The notes beneath the pieces are model-generated. The model searched no databases. It was not told where the DNA came from and was given only the letters and a program-made list of their open reading frames with translations. A stretch of 64,000 bases of DNA, taken from Candidatus Latescibacterota bacterium (GTDB lineage: Bacteria > Latescibacterota > UBA2968). The position numbers and the translations under genes were made by a program. The stretch spans positions 2,208,001-2,272,000 of the forward strand of contig OZ220741.1 of the NCBI GenBank assembly GCA_965116885.1, given 5' to 3'. Of the stretch, positions 19,879-29,809 are shown piece after piece (position 1 is the stretch's first letter; the number at the start of each line of letters is the position of its first letter).

Positions 19879-20559
19879 ATGACAGCTCTAATCGTTTTTG
19901 TCAAAAATCCAATTCCCGGTGCGGTCAAGACCCGCTTGCAGACGCGCTATGCACCCGATCAGGTTGCTGATCTGTACACTGCGTTTGTGCGCGATGTGCT
20001 GGCCCGGGCAGAGCGTATTGATGTCGATAGACGGGTGATCGCTTTTGATCCGCCCGATGCAGAGTCCAGGGTTCGCGCACTTTTTGGTGGTGGGGTGAAG
20101 GCTCAATGGCAGTTCGTTCCCCAGGTGCAGGATGACCTCGGTGTGCGTATGCGAGAAGCACTGGTTCAACAACTCGATGCAGGTGCATCAGCAACTGTTC
20201 TCATTGGGACGGATATCCCTTCTCTTCCAGTTCACCATATTACACAGGCATTCGATTTGTTGCGTACAGTGGATGTTGTTTTAGGTCCGAGTACAGATGG
20301 TGGATACTATCTCGTTGGTGTTTCAAAATCCATACCGGAGATTTTCGAGGGTGTGGAATGGAGCACGTCCAGCGTTTTGTCGCAGACCATTGACCGCGTT
20401 CAGCGCGCAGGGAATACGCTCGGTCTTGTTCCCCCCTGGTTTGATGTGGATACGCCAGAGGAACTCGATTTTGTTCTCGCCCATGCGCGCGCTACAATAC
20501 TCGCTACGGGCATAGATCTCCTACCGCATACGCATGGCTGCTTGTCGAACTTGACTTGA
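19879..20559 (+). CDS. DUF2064/TIGR04282-type glycosyltransferase-like protein
   Basis: IVFVKNPIPGAVKTRL, DLGVRM, LIGTDIP, VVLGPSTDGGYYLVG, DVDTPEEL. Confidence 0.88.
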   Translation: MTALIVFVKNPIPGAVKTRLQTRYAPDQVADLYTAFVRDVLARAERIDVDRRVIAFDPPDAESRVRALFGGGVKAQWQFVPQVQDDLGVRMREALVQQLDAGASATVLIGTDIPSLPVHHITQAFDLLRTVDVVLGPSTDGGYYLVGVSKSIPEIFEGVEWSTSSVLSQTIDRVQRAGNTLGLVPPWFDVDTPEELDFVLAHARATILATGIDLLPHTHGCLSNLT

Positions 20560-20611
20560 TCTTTTTGGGCGCGTATCTTGCGAAGCCATCATTTCGAGAT
20601 AGGAGTTCTCA

Positions 20612-21580
20612 ATGGTTATTCGCTATATTCTCGCGCTTTTTTTTGCTTTCTCTTGTTTGCATCCCGCAATTGCTCAGGAACGCTACAAATTTGCTTTTGT
20701 CACGCATGGCGGACCGGGAAATCCATTCTGGAATGTGGTGATTAAGGGTATGGAAGATGCGGCCAGGCGCTATGACGTGGATGTGCAATGGCTGAGCAAT
20801 CCCACCTTTTCAATTGCGGATATGCCCAATTTTCTCGACGACGCTATCGCAAACAAGGTCAACGGTATTGGCATTACGTGCCCGGATCCCGAAGCTATTC
20901 GGGAGAGTGTTGAGCGCGCACACGCGGCGGGTATTCCCATTGTTGTGCTCAATACGGCTGATCCCAACGCGGGGGGAGATCATGCACTGCCTACGCAATT
21001 TTACGTGGGGGCCAGCGAGTATCTCGGCGGTCAATCCAATGCAAGAGCTATTCTCGCCGAGGCGGAAAAGCGCGGGATAGCGGTTCAACGCGCCGTATGT
21101 CCTATACAGGAACTCGGGCACAGTGGTCTCGAAGCGCGGTTTGCTGGTTTTTCGAGTATTTTTGAGGAGAGAGGTATTGTTGTTGATGGCTTGACCATAT
21201 CTAATGATGTCGAGCAGTCTGCTGGCTTGTTGCGCGACTATTTTCTCGGGCATCCCGAAACCAATGCCATCGCTACCCTGGGACCACTGCCAGCGGATGC
21301 TTTTTATCTTTTTGTTGAGGAAGAGGGGAAAAAAGCTGGGGAAATTTTACATGTTACCCACGATACGAGTACGTCTATATTTGACCATATTCGGAGGGGA
21401 TATACGGTTCAGGCTGTCGATCAACAGCCCTATTTGCAGGGTTATCTGACTGTTTCTTTTTTGTATTTGAATAATGCCTATGGTCTTACGCTCGCACAGG
21501 ATGTGCTCACAGGTCCTTTCGCCATTAATGCAACAAATGTTGATCGCATTGCCAGATTAGTGGCTGCAGGTTATAGATAG
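20612..21580 (+). CDS. Sugar ABC transporter substrate-binding protein
   Basis: Signal peptide, VTHG..NPFWNVV, AVDQQPYLQGY. Confidence 0.9.
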   Translation: MVIRYILALFFAFSCLHPAIAQERYKFAFVTHGGPGNPFWNVVIKGMEDAARRYDVDVQWLSNPTFSIADMPNFLDDAIANKVNGIGITCPDPEAIRESVERAHAAGIPIVVLNTADPNAGGDHALPTQFYVGASEYLGGQSNARAILAEAEKRGIAVQRAVCPIQELGHSGLEARFAGFSSIFEERGIVVDGLTISNDVEQSAGLLRDYFLGHPETNAIATLGPLPADAFYLFVEEEGKKAGEILHVTHDTSTSIFDHIRRGYTVQAVDQQPYLQGYLTVSFLYLNNAYGLTLAQDVLTGPFAINATNVDRIARLVAAGYR

Positions 21581-21589
21581 GGATTTCTG

Positions 21590-22768
21590 TTGAAGCCTTA
21601 TGACGCCATTCGCACCCGCCTTGCGCGCTCTCCAGAAGCTGGCGCCGCAGCGGGTTTTTCCGTTATATTTTTGGTTTTCGCACTCGCCACGCCAGATACA
21701 TTTCTCTCCCATAGCGCGATTTCTTCCATTCTCAATAGTCAAGCCGTTCCAGGCATCCTTGCGATCGGTATTACGCTGTTGATGATTTCTGGAGAGTTTG
21801 ACCTTTCAGTTGGTTCTATTCTGGGGGTGTCTTCTCTCGCATTTCTCTATGCGACTGTAAATGGTGTGCCTGTTTTGCTCGCGGCAGGAATTGGATTACT
21901 CGTCGGCTGTTTGCTCGGTTTGATCAACGGATTGCTTCTCGTATCGACGGGTATTCCTTCTTTTATTATTACGCTGGGGACGATGCTCGCGTATCGCGCT
22001 ATTCCACTTACGGCTATTTCCGGTGGGCGCATTATCCGATATGCCGATTATTCGCGCGAGTCTCCGATTCTCGAAGTGCCCGGTCCAGTGGTTTTTATTT
22101 TAACGCTCGCACTTTTTTTTCTCGTTCTGTGGATAGCGCGGGATATCTGGCGGGCGAGAAATCAGTCCGTAAAGTCCAAAATCCTGGTTGCTGCAGCGCT
22201 TCTTTTTATCGCTTATCTCGTCATTGAGGCACTTATACCCCATCCTTTGGTGCCGGTTAAAATTGATTTTTTTTACGCGCTCAACGGACGCATTGAACCG
22301 GGGAACTACCGCACTGGCATTCTGTGGTGGATAGGGCTGACTGCGGTTTTTGCGATTATTTTGAGTCAGTCTCGTTTTGGCAATGCTGTTTTTGCTACGG
22401 GGGGCAATGCCCAGGCGGCGCGTTTGCAGGGTATTCGGATTGACCGCGTGCGCGTGACCAATTTTGTTATTTCGGGATTTCTCGCTGCGCTCGCGGGTAT
22501 TATTCAGGTCGCACGCCTCAAAAGCGTTGATCCTCTGCGCGGTACGGGGCTGGAACTCGAGGTCATCGCCGCGGTCGTCATTGGTGGCACGCTGCTTACA
22601 GGGGGTTATGGCAGTTTGATCGGTTCGGCTATTGGCACTGCGCTGACCGGTATGTTGCGTACGGGGCTTGTACTTATGCAGGTTCCTTCCAATGCTTTTA
22701 GAGGGGCTATTGGCGCTATTATGATTGCGGCTGTTGTGATTAACAATTTTGTGCGGAAAGAACGCTGA
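21590..22768 (+). CDS. Sugar ABC transporter permease (RbsC-like)
   Basis: ISGEFDLSVGS, IPSFIITLG, FATGGNAQAA, LEVIAAVVIGGT. Confidence 0.92.
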   Translation: MKPYDAIRTRLARSPEAGAAAGFSVIFLVFALATPDTFLSHSAISSILNSQAVPGILAIGITLLMISGEFDLSVGSILGVSSLAFLYATVNGVPVLLAAGIGLLVGCLLGLINGLLLVSTGIPSFIITLGTMLAYRAIPLTAISGGRIIRYADYSRESPILEVPGPVVFILTLALFFLVLWIARDIWRARNQSVKSKILVAAALLFIAYLVIEALIPHPLVPVKIDFFYALNGRIEPGNYRTGILWWIGLTAVFAIILSQSRFGNAVFATGGNAQAARLQGIRIDRVRVTNFVISGFLAALAGIIQVARLKSVDPLRGTGLELEVIAAVVIGGTLLTGGYGSLIGSAIGTALTGMLRTGLVLMQVPSNAFRGAIGAIMIAAVVINNFVRKER

Positions 22769-22776
22769 GGCTATAT

Positions 22777-23526
22777 GTGGCTTTGCTCGAACTCAAAAAT
22801 ATCGGTCGCCGATTTGGGCATATTGTCGCGCTGAAAGGTATTGATTTCACGCTTGAGGATGGTGAAGTTCTCGCGCTTTTAGGCGATAATGGGGCGGGTA
22901 AATCTACGCTGATTAAGGTGATTACGGGTGTTTATCCGCCGAGTGAAGGCGATATGTATTTTGAGGATGAGATCATTCGGTTCGACTCGCCGCAGGATGC
23001 CCGAGATCTGGGTATTGAGACCGTTTATCAGGATCTCGCGCTCGTGCCGAGTATGAGCATTGCGCGCAATTTTTATCTGGGGAGAGAACTCGTCAAGCGG
23101 GTCGGTCCGTTTGCGCTTTTCGACCAGGCTGCGATGGATGCAGGTGCGGCTGCGGCGCTGGGTGAGATAGGTATTCACATTCGCAATGCTGACGAATCCG
23201 TTGCCCGTCTTTCCGGTGGCGAGCGACAGTCGATTGCCATCGCCCGCGCCCTTCACTTTGGGTCTCGCGTGCTCATTCTCGATGAGCCGACTTCTGCCCT
23301 TTCTGTTGGCGAAACGCGCAAGGTGCTCGGCTATATTGCGGCTGCTAAAGAAAAAGGATTGGGAGTTATTTTTATTACGCATAATATTACCCATGTGTTT
23401 GAAGTTGCCGATCGGGCAACGATTCTCAGTCACGGCGAAAAGGTCGGCGATTTTCCGATCTGCAATGTCACGCAGGACGATGTCGCGGCTATGGTGATGG
23501 GGCAGGGTATCCCTGAACATCTTTAG
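22777..23526 (+). CDS. Sugar ABC transporter ATP-binding protein
   Basis: GDNGAGKST, LSGGERQ, ILDEPT. Confidence 0.95.
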   Translation: MALLELKNIGRRFGHIVALKGIDFTLEDGEVLALLGDNGAGKSTLIKVITGVYPPSEGDMYFEDEIIRFDSPQDARDLGIETVYQDLALVPSMSIARNFYLGRELVKRVGPFALFDQAAMDAGAAAALGEIGIHIRNADESVARLSGGERQSIAIARALHFGSRVLILDEPTSALSVGETRKVLGYIAAAKEKGLGVIFITHNITHVFEVADRATILSHGEKVGDFPICNVTQDDVAAMVMGQGIPEHL

Positions 23527-23582
23527 ACGAATAGACGAATGGAAATACATACTGGTTTTGGGAGGATGGGCGGGGTTCGTTG

Positions 23583-23620
23583 ATGAACTGGCCTGAGAAG
23601 CGGCCAGTTGTACCCCGTTC
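23583..23620. repeat. Dispersed REP-like hairpin, copy 1
   Basis: ATGAACTGGCC..GGCCAGTTGTACCCCG; related copies at 38073 and 49790. Confidence 0.55.
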
Positions 23621-23648
23621 CGTTGATTCGTTGATTCGCATTAATCCT

Positions 23649-25031
23649 ATGTCCAAACCACTCGAAACGACAGTAGAATCCACTGAGCGCAAAGTCGATC
23701 TTTCGCTAACCGGGAAGATCCTCGGTATGACCTTGCCCGTTGCTGCGGGCGGTCAGATCGAGAGTGTTGTACTCATGGTTCAACTTATTTTTATTGGGAT
23801 GCTCGGTCCTGCCGCCCTTTCTGCGGTGGGTATTGCTCAGGTGTTTACGCGCGTGCTCTTTACGGCGATGATGTCCATTTCGAGAGGCGCGCTGACAATG
23901 GTCGCGCAGGCGATTGGCGCAGATTCTATGCGCGAAGCCAGTGCATCGGCGAAGCAGGCGTTTTCTCTGCTTTTTTTCTTCAGTATCGCTTTTGGCCTGG
24001 GCAGTTTGGCCCTTTCGCCTTTTTTGATTCCGATGATGACCTCTGATCCGAAGGTAGCAGCTATGGGTACGCCGTATTTACAGGTTTTTTTTCTGGGCGT
24101 TCCCTTTATGACGCTGAATCGCGCGATTACGAGTTGCTTCCAGGGGGCTGGGGATACGCGTACACCTTTCTTTTTGAGTTTGATCAGTAGTAGCATTCAA
24201 ATTGTCATGTGTTATCTCCTCATTTTTGGTTACTGGGGTTTGCCGGAGATGGGCGTTGTGGGAGCTGCTGTGGCTGGTCTTTTGGGGCGCAGTACGGCAA
24301 CATTGATCGGACTTGGGTGTCTTTATAGCGGGCGTTTTGCGCTCACGCTTTTGCCCGATACATCTTACAGGTTTAACTGGGGCGTTGCGCGCCGTATCCT
24401 CAAAATTGGCGTGCCTTCCGGGCTTCAGGGGATTTTGCGCAATGGCTCAGGTGTGGTTTATCTCAAACTCATTGCCATGTCCACATTATCTACAACTGCG
24501 GTTGCAGCGTATGCGATTGGGAGTCAATTGGAACACATTTTGCGGCGAACCGGTCTGTCTTTTGGTACGGTTGCGACAGCTATGGTGGGGCAGCATTTGG
24601 GGGCGAAAGATCCCGCGGGTGCAGAGCGCCACGGTTGGACTATTCTCTTTATTTCAGTTGTGACCAATATCGCGCTGTCGCTGCCTGCTGTGGTGTTTGC
24701 TGGACTTTTTATGTCGGTCTTTACGGATGCACAAGAGGTGATCAGTACCGGTATCATTTATCTTTATGCGATGGTCGTTGCCGAACCATTTTTGTGTGCC
24801 TCCAATACGAGTAGTGGTAGTCTCAGAGGTGCTGGCGATACGATGCCTCCGATGTATTATACTCTGATTGCCCAGTGGCTGGTTCGCCTGCCTGTCGCTT
24901 ATGTTCTGGGGTTTATGCTTGGGTTTGATATTTACGGGATATGGGCCGCGCTTATTGTTTACAGTATTGTACAGGGAGTCCTTACTGTTCGCAAGTTCGC
25001 TCAGGGCCATTGGAAGATGCATCAGATTTAA
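23649..25031 (+). CDS. MATE family efflux transporter
   Basis: About 12 TM segments, GAGDTRTP, LKIGVPSG, LRGAGDT; start uncertain. Confidence 0.92.
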   Translation: MSKPLETTVESTERKVDLSLTGKILGMTLPVAAGGQIESVVLMVQLIFIGMLGPAALSAVGIAQVFTRVLFTAMMSISRGALTMVAQAIGADSMREASASAKQAFSLLFFFSIAFGLGSLALSPFLIPMMTSDPKVAAMGTPYLQVFFLGVPFMTLNRAITSCFQGAGDTRTPFFLSLISSSIQIVMCYLLIFGYWGLPEMGVVGAAVAGLLGRSTATLIGLGCLYSGRFALTLLPDTSYRFNWGVARRILKIGVPSGLQGILRNGSGVVYLKLIAMSTLSTTAVAAYAIGSQLEHILRRTGLSFGTVATAMVGQHLGAKDPAGAERHGWTILFISVVTNIALSLPAVVFAGLFMSVFTDAQEVISTGIIYLYAMVVAEPFLCASNTSSGSLRGAGDTMPPMYYTLIAQWLVRLPVAYVLGFMLGFDIYGIWAALIVYSIVQGVLTVRKFAQGHWKMHQI

Positions 25032-25038
25032 TCGTTTA

Positions 25039-25067
25039 TAGACAATTGGTTGGTTTGGGTATATAAT
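25039..25067 (+). promoter_or_regulatory. Sigma70 promoter for the metal-transport genes
   Basis: TAGACA-N17-TATAAT. Confidence 0.6.
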
Positions 25068-25123
25068 CATACATTATGCCGATTCGCAGGGGATTTTCAT
25101 TGTCACCATCAGGAGGATGATTG

Positions 25124-26383
25124 ATGCCAAAATTATGTTATCGATACGCCTTCGTATTGTGTGGCCTGATATTGATGTCATGGACGACACTGGTTGCCGA
25201 GACAAGGGTGCTGGGAAATGCCCGGGCCAGTGTCGCTTTAACGCGTTTTGTGCAAGCTGTTGTCGATTCCAATTACCGCGTGCAGGCGGCACGCGCGGGT
25301 TTAGAAGCGAGCAGTGCGTTTAGGGATGCCGCGTCGCGTCCCCTCTACAATCCCGAATTGTCGTTGGATGCTGAGAATGCACAGGCCAGGATACGCACAC
25401 TATCGATTAGTCAGACACTGGACTGGGGCGGCAAACGCAAGGCGCGTACCGCAGTGGCGGAGTTGGACCGGCTCGTTGCCGAGGCGGAGTATCTGGATGC
25501 CCGATGGGCGGTTGCGGTAGATTTGCTCAATGGTCTCGTGCAATACCAGACTGGCGTTGAACGCGCTCGCCTGGCCCGGACGCGCCAGCAGTTGATGGAG
25601 GAGTTTGCGACATTGGCGCAGCGCCAGTTTGAGGCTGGCGAGTTAGATCAGGTGGCACTTGATCAGGCTCTCCTTTCCCTTACCGAGGTGCGCATTCAAA
25701 AAGCAATGGTGGCCGCAGATCTGGCCGAGGCGCAGCAAGCGGTGTACAGCCTTGGCCCGCGAATACCCGAGGCGCAGTGGCCCTCTCTTCCCGAAAAATT
25801 ACCAGAGATACCTGAGCAAAGTGCTGATTCGCAGGCTCTGGTTCTGGCACTACCCGGGGTTGTAGCTGCGCGGCAGCGAGTCACTATGGCTGATGCTGTG
25901 GTGGGATTGCAACGACGCGAACGTCGCCCAGACCCGACACTGAGTTTCACTGGTGGGTACGAAGATGGCGAAAGGTTGATCGGTTTGGGTCTGTCCATTT
26001 CGCTTCCATTCAGGAACCGCTTTGCACATGAAATTACCGCAGCTATGGCAGAGCGCGTCCAGGCGCAACAACTCGCCGATGACGCAGTGCAGATGGCACA
26101 CGCTTCCCTGACCAGTGCGGCAGAGCGCTACGGGTTATCGCGCTCTGCTTGGGATGCTTGGGAACAGTTGGGACGGAAAAGTCTGGACCGAAAAAGCGAG
26201 GAACTGCGCCGACTCTGGCAAGCCGGGGATATGGATATGGCTGACTATTTTGGACAATTGGGAGAGGCTCTGGATGTACGAGAAAGTATCATTGATCTAC
26301 GCGGTCAGACCTGGCAGGCCTGGTTTGAGTGGCTCCGCGCATCGGGTCAGGTGAATGTCTGGCTCGATCTTACACATGAATGA
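25124..26383 (+). CDS. TolC/CzcC-family outer membrane efflux protein
   Basis: Signal peptide, YNPELS, SQTLDWGGKR, helical OEP repeats; RBS AGGAGG. Confidence 0.85.
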   Translation: MPKLCYRYAFVLCGLILMSWTTLVAETRVLGNARASVALTRFVQAVVDSNYRVQAARAGLEASSAFRDAASRPLYNPELSLDAENAQARIRTLSISQTLDWGGKRKARTAVAELDRLVAEAEYLDARWAVAVDLLNGLVQYQTGVERARLARTRQQLMEEFATLAQRQFEAGELDQVALDQALLSLTEVRIQKAMVAADLAEAQQAVYSLGPRIPEAQWPSLPEKLPEIPEQSADSQALVLALPGVVAARQRVTMADAVVGLQRRERRPDPTLSFTGGYEDGERLIGLGLSISLPFRNRFAHEITAAMAERVQAQQLADDAVQMAHASLTSAAERYGLSRSAWDAWEQLGRKSLDRKSEELRRLWQAGDMDMADYFGQLGEALDVRESIIDLRGQTWQAWFEWLRASGQVNVWLDLTHE

Positions 26384-26492
26384 GTTTGAAGTTAAAAAAA
26401 CTGCAAATACAAATGAAAATGATAAAGGCCAACAACCGCCCGGGTTGATGGCCAGCACGTCAACATGGGTCTGGCAGAAGAGGTGAGGTCAA

Positions 26493-27743
26493 TTGGTTTT
26501 AAAAGTTCTCCAAATATTGACCGATTTCTTTGATTTTCTCTGGTTATCGTTCCTGTTGTTAGCACCTATGCTAATGCTGGGGCTATTTCTTTCCGGTCTG
26601 ATTCACGTATTTATCTCGCGTGAGGCCATTTTGCGGTGGTTGCGCGAGGATAACTTGAAATCGGTGAGTACAAGTGCGGCGGTTGGCGTGCCCGTGCCGC
26701 TTTGCAGTTGCTCGGTTGTGCCAGTAGTTGCCGAGATGCGCAATAAGGGCGCGTCCCGTTCATCCTGTATGTCTTTTTTGATCACGGCGCCGGAAACAGG
26801 TGCGGATTCGATTCTGGTCACGAACGCATTTTTTGGATTTATTGTCGCTATTGTCAGGCCCTTCATCAGTTTTATTACCGCAGTTGTCGCCGGTATATTT
26901 TGTATGGGTCTCATGCGAGATGATCGCGACGAGACTGAGGGGAGCGATCGTGGTCGTGACCGTGGTCGAGACTGCGACCATGAATGTGATCACGACCATG
27001 GGCACGAACCTCTGGTGGCTGGAAGCGATGATTGCTACGTTAGCCCCTCACAATTGAAGACGTTATTTTTTGGCTGGGTGAGGGTGATCAATCACCACAA
27101 ACGCGATGTGGTTCGGGCCGACAACAAACAAATTTCTGCGGACGACTTGACTTTTAAAAAAGTCGTCAGGCATATTTTTCGCTATGGCTTTGTCGAAATA
27201 GCGGACGATATTCTGTTTGCGTTGATCGTGGGCATCGCGCTGGGAGGCGTGATCTATCTGGCGATTCCGAGCGATCTGATGTCAAATGCGTATGCGCGCT
27301 GGTTGTCATATCCCGTTATGGTGCTGGTTGGGGTACCTCTCTATATCTGTGCGTCCGCGAGCACTCCGATAGCCGCCGCGCTGGTCGCCAAGGGGTTCAG
27401 CCCCGGAGCGGCGCTGATTTTTCTGATGACCGGACCGGCGACTAATACGGGTACTATCGCGATCATCGTCAGTCAGTTTGGGTCACGCTTTGCATCCATC
27501 TATGTCTCATCGGTGATCGCAGTTACTGTCGTACTGGGCATTGCAGTTGATATTCTGCTTCTCGCCCTCGGCGTGACGATTCCCGTGTACCTTGGTCCCT
27601 CGGAGTCAGAGACCATTCAACTCATCCAGTGGGGCAGTGCTTTTGCCATGATCGCCCTGATTGTTTGGCGATTTCGCGCAGGTGCTTTTAAGAGTGGCTA
27701 TGAGGATATGTTGTTCAATATCCGACCTCTGTTCAAACTGTGA
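26493..27743 (+). CDS. DUF318/ArsP-like (SO_0444-type) metal permease
   Basis: GVPVPLCSCSVVP, APETGADS, YICASASTP, GPATN, Cys/His-rich loop. Confidence 0.88.
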   Translation: MVLKVLQILTDFFDFLWLSFLLLAPMLMLGLFLSGLIHVFISREAILRWLREDNLKSVSTSAAVGVPVPLCSCSVVPVVAEMRNKGASRSSCMSFLITAPETGADSILVTNAFFGFIVAIVRPFISFITAVVAGIFCMGLMRDDRDETEGSDRGRDRGRDCDHECDHDHGHEPLVAGSDDCYVSPSQLKTLFFGWVRVINHHKRDVVRADNKQISADDLTFKKVVRHIFRYGFVEIADDILFALIVGIALGGVIYLAIPSDLMSNAYARWLSYPVMVLVGVPLYICASASTPIAAALVAKGFSPGAALIFLMTGPATNTGTIAIIVSQFGSRFASIYVSSVIAVTVVLGIAVDILLLALGVTIPVYLGPSESETIQLIQWGSAFAMIALIVWRFRAGAFKSGYEDMLFNIRPLFKL

Positions 27744-27801
27744 TATCTATACTCAACCCGGATCATTTGAGTTTTTGGTTTAAATCACTGCGGATTCGAA
27801 T

Positions 27802-28635
27802 TTGCTACCTCTTTTTATAGGATACTCTATCGCTATCATTGCCGCGTCTTTGCTCGGCGGATATTTGCCAGCAAAGGTTACCATGACGCATACGCGCATC
27901 CAGACGGTGATGAGTTTTGTTGCGGGTTTCATTCTGGGCATCGCTCTGTATCATCTCGTGCCGCACGGTCTGGTATGGATTCCCGGGCCGGGTGCTGTTG
28001 AAAAAGCCATGGGATTGATGATGTTCGGCATCGTATTAATGGTTCTGTTGCTGCGTATCTTTCACTTTCACCAGCACGATTTCAGCGATGAGGCAGGTGA
28101 TTTTCTCTACGAGCATACCAGTCCCGAAAGCAGGGTGATCGGCATTGCTCTGGGGCTGGGTCTGCATACTGTGACCGAGGGGCTCGCCCTGGGTACCAGC
28201 ATCCGGGTTGGTGAACTACACGATGGCAAAGCTGGTTTAGCAGGACTCGGGGTGTTTCTTGCGATTCTTTTGCACAAGCCACTCGACGCGTTTTCCATTA
28301 TCGGTTTGTTGCAGGCCGCGGGTTATAGTCTCCGCACTCGTATAGCAGTCAATATCGGATTTGCCATGCTCTGTCCGGTGGTGGCTTTGTTGACTTTTTG
28401 GGGGATTGGGTTTTTGGGACACTGGGAGGAAGAGGTGACCGGGTATGTGCTGGTCTTTGCAGCCGGCGCGTTTCTGTGTATTTCCCTGAGCGATCTGCTA
28501 CCGGAAATCCATTTTCACAGTCACGATCGCGTCAAGCTCACGGTGTGCTTTCTCGTGGGGATCGCTCTCGCGTATGGGCTGTATTTTATCGAGTCCGGAG
28601 CGGTGCACGGGTTGGAGACGCACGAAATACATTGA
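27802..28635 (+). CDS. ZIP family metal transporter
   Basis: LHTVTEGLALG, ILLHKPLDA, AGAFLCISLSDLLPE. Confidence 0.9.
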   Translation: MLPLFIGYSIAIIAASLLGGYLPAKVTMTHTRIQTVMSFVAGFILGIALYHLVPHGLVWIPGPGAVEKAMGLMMFGIVLMVLLLRIFHFHQHDFSDEAGDFLYEHTSPESRVIGIALGLGLHTVTEGLALGTSIRVGELHDGKAGLAGLGVFLAILLHKPLDAFSIIGLLQAAGYSLRTRIAVNIGFAMLCPVVALLTFWGIGFLGHWEEEVTGYVLVFAAGAFLCISLSDLLPEIHFHSHDRVKLTVCFLVGIALAYGLYFIESGAVHGLETHEIH

Positions 28636-28657
28636 CGCTGAGGAATGTTAAAAAAAG

Positions 28658-28692
28658 AAAAGGCGGTCCATTACGCGGTGGATCGCCTTTTT
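28658..28692. terminator. Intrinsic terminator
   Basis: AAAAGGCGGTCCA..TGGATCGCCTTTTT. Confidence 0.7.
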
Positions 28693-28714
28693 GCTAATCC
28701 ATAAAGGAGACGTT

Positions 28715-29722
28715 ATGGGATCGATAAAGGCAGCAGTAGTGGGGCTTGGATTGGGCCAGCATTTCGTTCGTGGGCTGGTTGGGCATCCGGATGTGGATAG
28801 AATTGTTCTGGTAGATCTGGACGCCGATCGAGCGGAAATGGTTCAAAGGGAGTACGACGAGGTGGATGCCGTCTATGAGATGATTGAGGTTATGCTCGAA
28901 AAGGAGCGTCCTGACGCAGTGTGTGTCGTGACTCCCGACCATCTCCATCGGCCACATTCAACGGCTTGCTTTGAGGCTGGCGCCCATGTGTTGCAGACAA
29001 AACCGCTTGCGACGAATCTCGAGGACGCGCGTGCAATTTTGGCTGCGGCGAAGGCGACGGGGAAGAAAGTGATGGTCGCGCACGAGCGCAGGTTCCGGCC
29101 ACGCGTCAAGCGAATCAAAGCGATTCTCGATGCTGGCGAAGTAGGCGATCTGATTCACCTCCGTATCGATGCGATTCAGGACAAACGCGGGCAGTTTGCG
29201 CGTTCGCCCTGGTATGCGTCGGTAGAGGCAGGGCGGAGTGCCCTGAACGGTTCGGGCATTCACGAAGTGGATCTTGCGCGACATTACGCAGGCCTACCTG
29301 TCGAGTCTGTCTGTGCGTTCGCCAATCGGCTCGGCAATCTGGCGTTCCCAAGAGATAAGACAACATCCGCCCTGTTCCAGTTTGCAGGTGGCGTCGTGGG
29401 GCAGGTCACGGTGACCTACGAGGCGCGATGGCCGCGTTCGAATTTTTTCGACGATACGTTCCGAGTGGTTGCTTCTGCAGGCATGATTGTGGGATCGCAT
29501 GTCTATCGCGAAGGGGCAGAGGACTGGGAAGATTTAAGCGGTTTGGACAACAGTACAGCGTCGGGGATCACGGGGGCCGTTCATGCGTTTGTCGATTCGG
29601 TCGTGAACGATGCACCGATCGCGGTGACCGGTGAAGATGCTTTCGACTCGCTCGCGGCGGCATGCGCGGCCGATACATCGGCAGAACGGGGCGAGATGGT
29701 GCCGCCAGAGACGCTGGATTGA
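28715..29722 (+). CDS. Gfo/Idh/MocA family oxidoreductase
   Basis: VVGLGLG, TPDHLH, KPLA, GIHEVD; RBS AAGGAG. Confidence 0.9.
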   Translation: MGSIKAAVVGLGLGQHFVRGLVGHPDVDRIVLVDLDADRAEMVQREYDEVDAVYEMIEVMLEKERPDAVCVVTPDHLHRPHSTACFEAGAHVLQTKPLATNLEDARAILAAAKATGKKVMVAHERRFRPRVKRIKAILDAGEVGDLIHLRIDAIQDKRGQFARSPWYASVEAGRSALNGSGIHEVDLARHYAGLPVESVCAFANRLGNLAFPRDKTTSALFQFAGGVVGQVTVTYEARWPRSNFFDDTFRVVASAGMIVGSHVYREGAEDWEDLSGLDNSTASGITGAVHAFVDSVVNDAPIAVTGEDAFDSLAAACAADTSAERGEMVPPETLD

Positions 29723-29749
29723 CGTTATCTATCACTTATGCCCGCCACA

Positions 29750-29797
29750 ATCTGCCTTCATCTGCCTTTATCTGCGTCCATCTGCGTCCATCTGCGG
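29750..29797. repeat. Short tandem repeat, 10-bp unit ATCTGC(C/G)T(T/C)(C/T), about 4.8 copies
   Basis: ATCTGCCTTC ATCTGCCTTT ATCTGCGTCC ATCTGCGTCC ATCTGCGG between convergent genes. Confidence 0.85.
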
Positions 29798-29809
29798 ATA
29801 ATGTTCTTT

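Noticed and set aside
29750..29797. 10-bp tandem repeat as a novel element
   Set aside because: Short simple intergenic repeat; nothing links it to a function here
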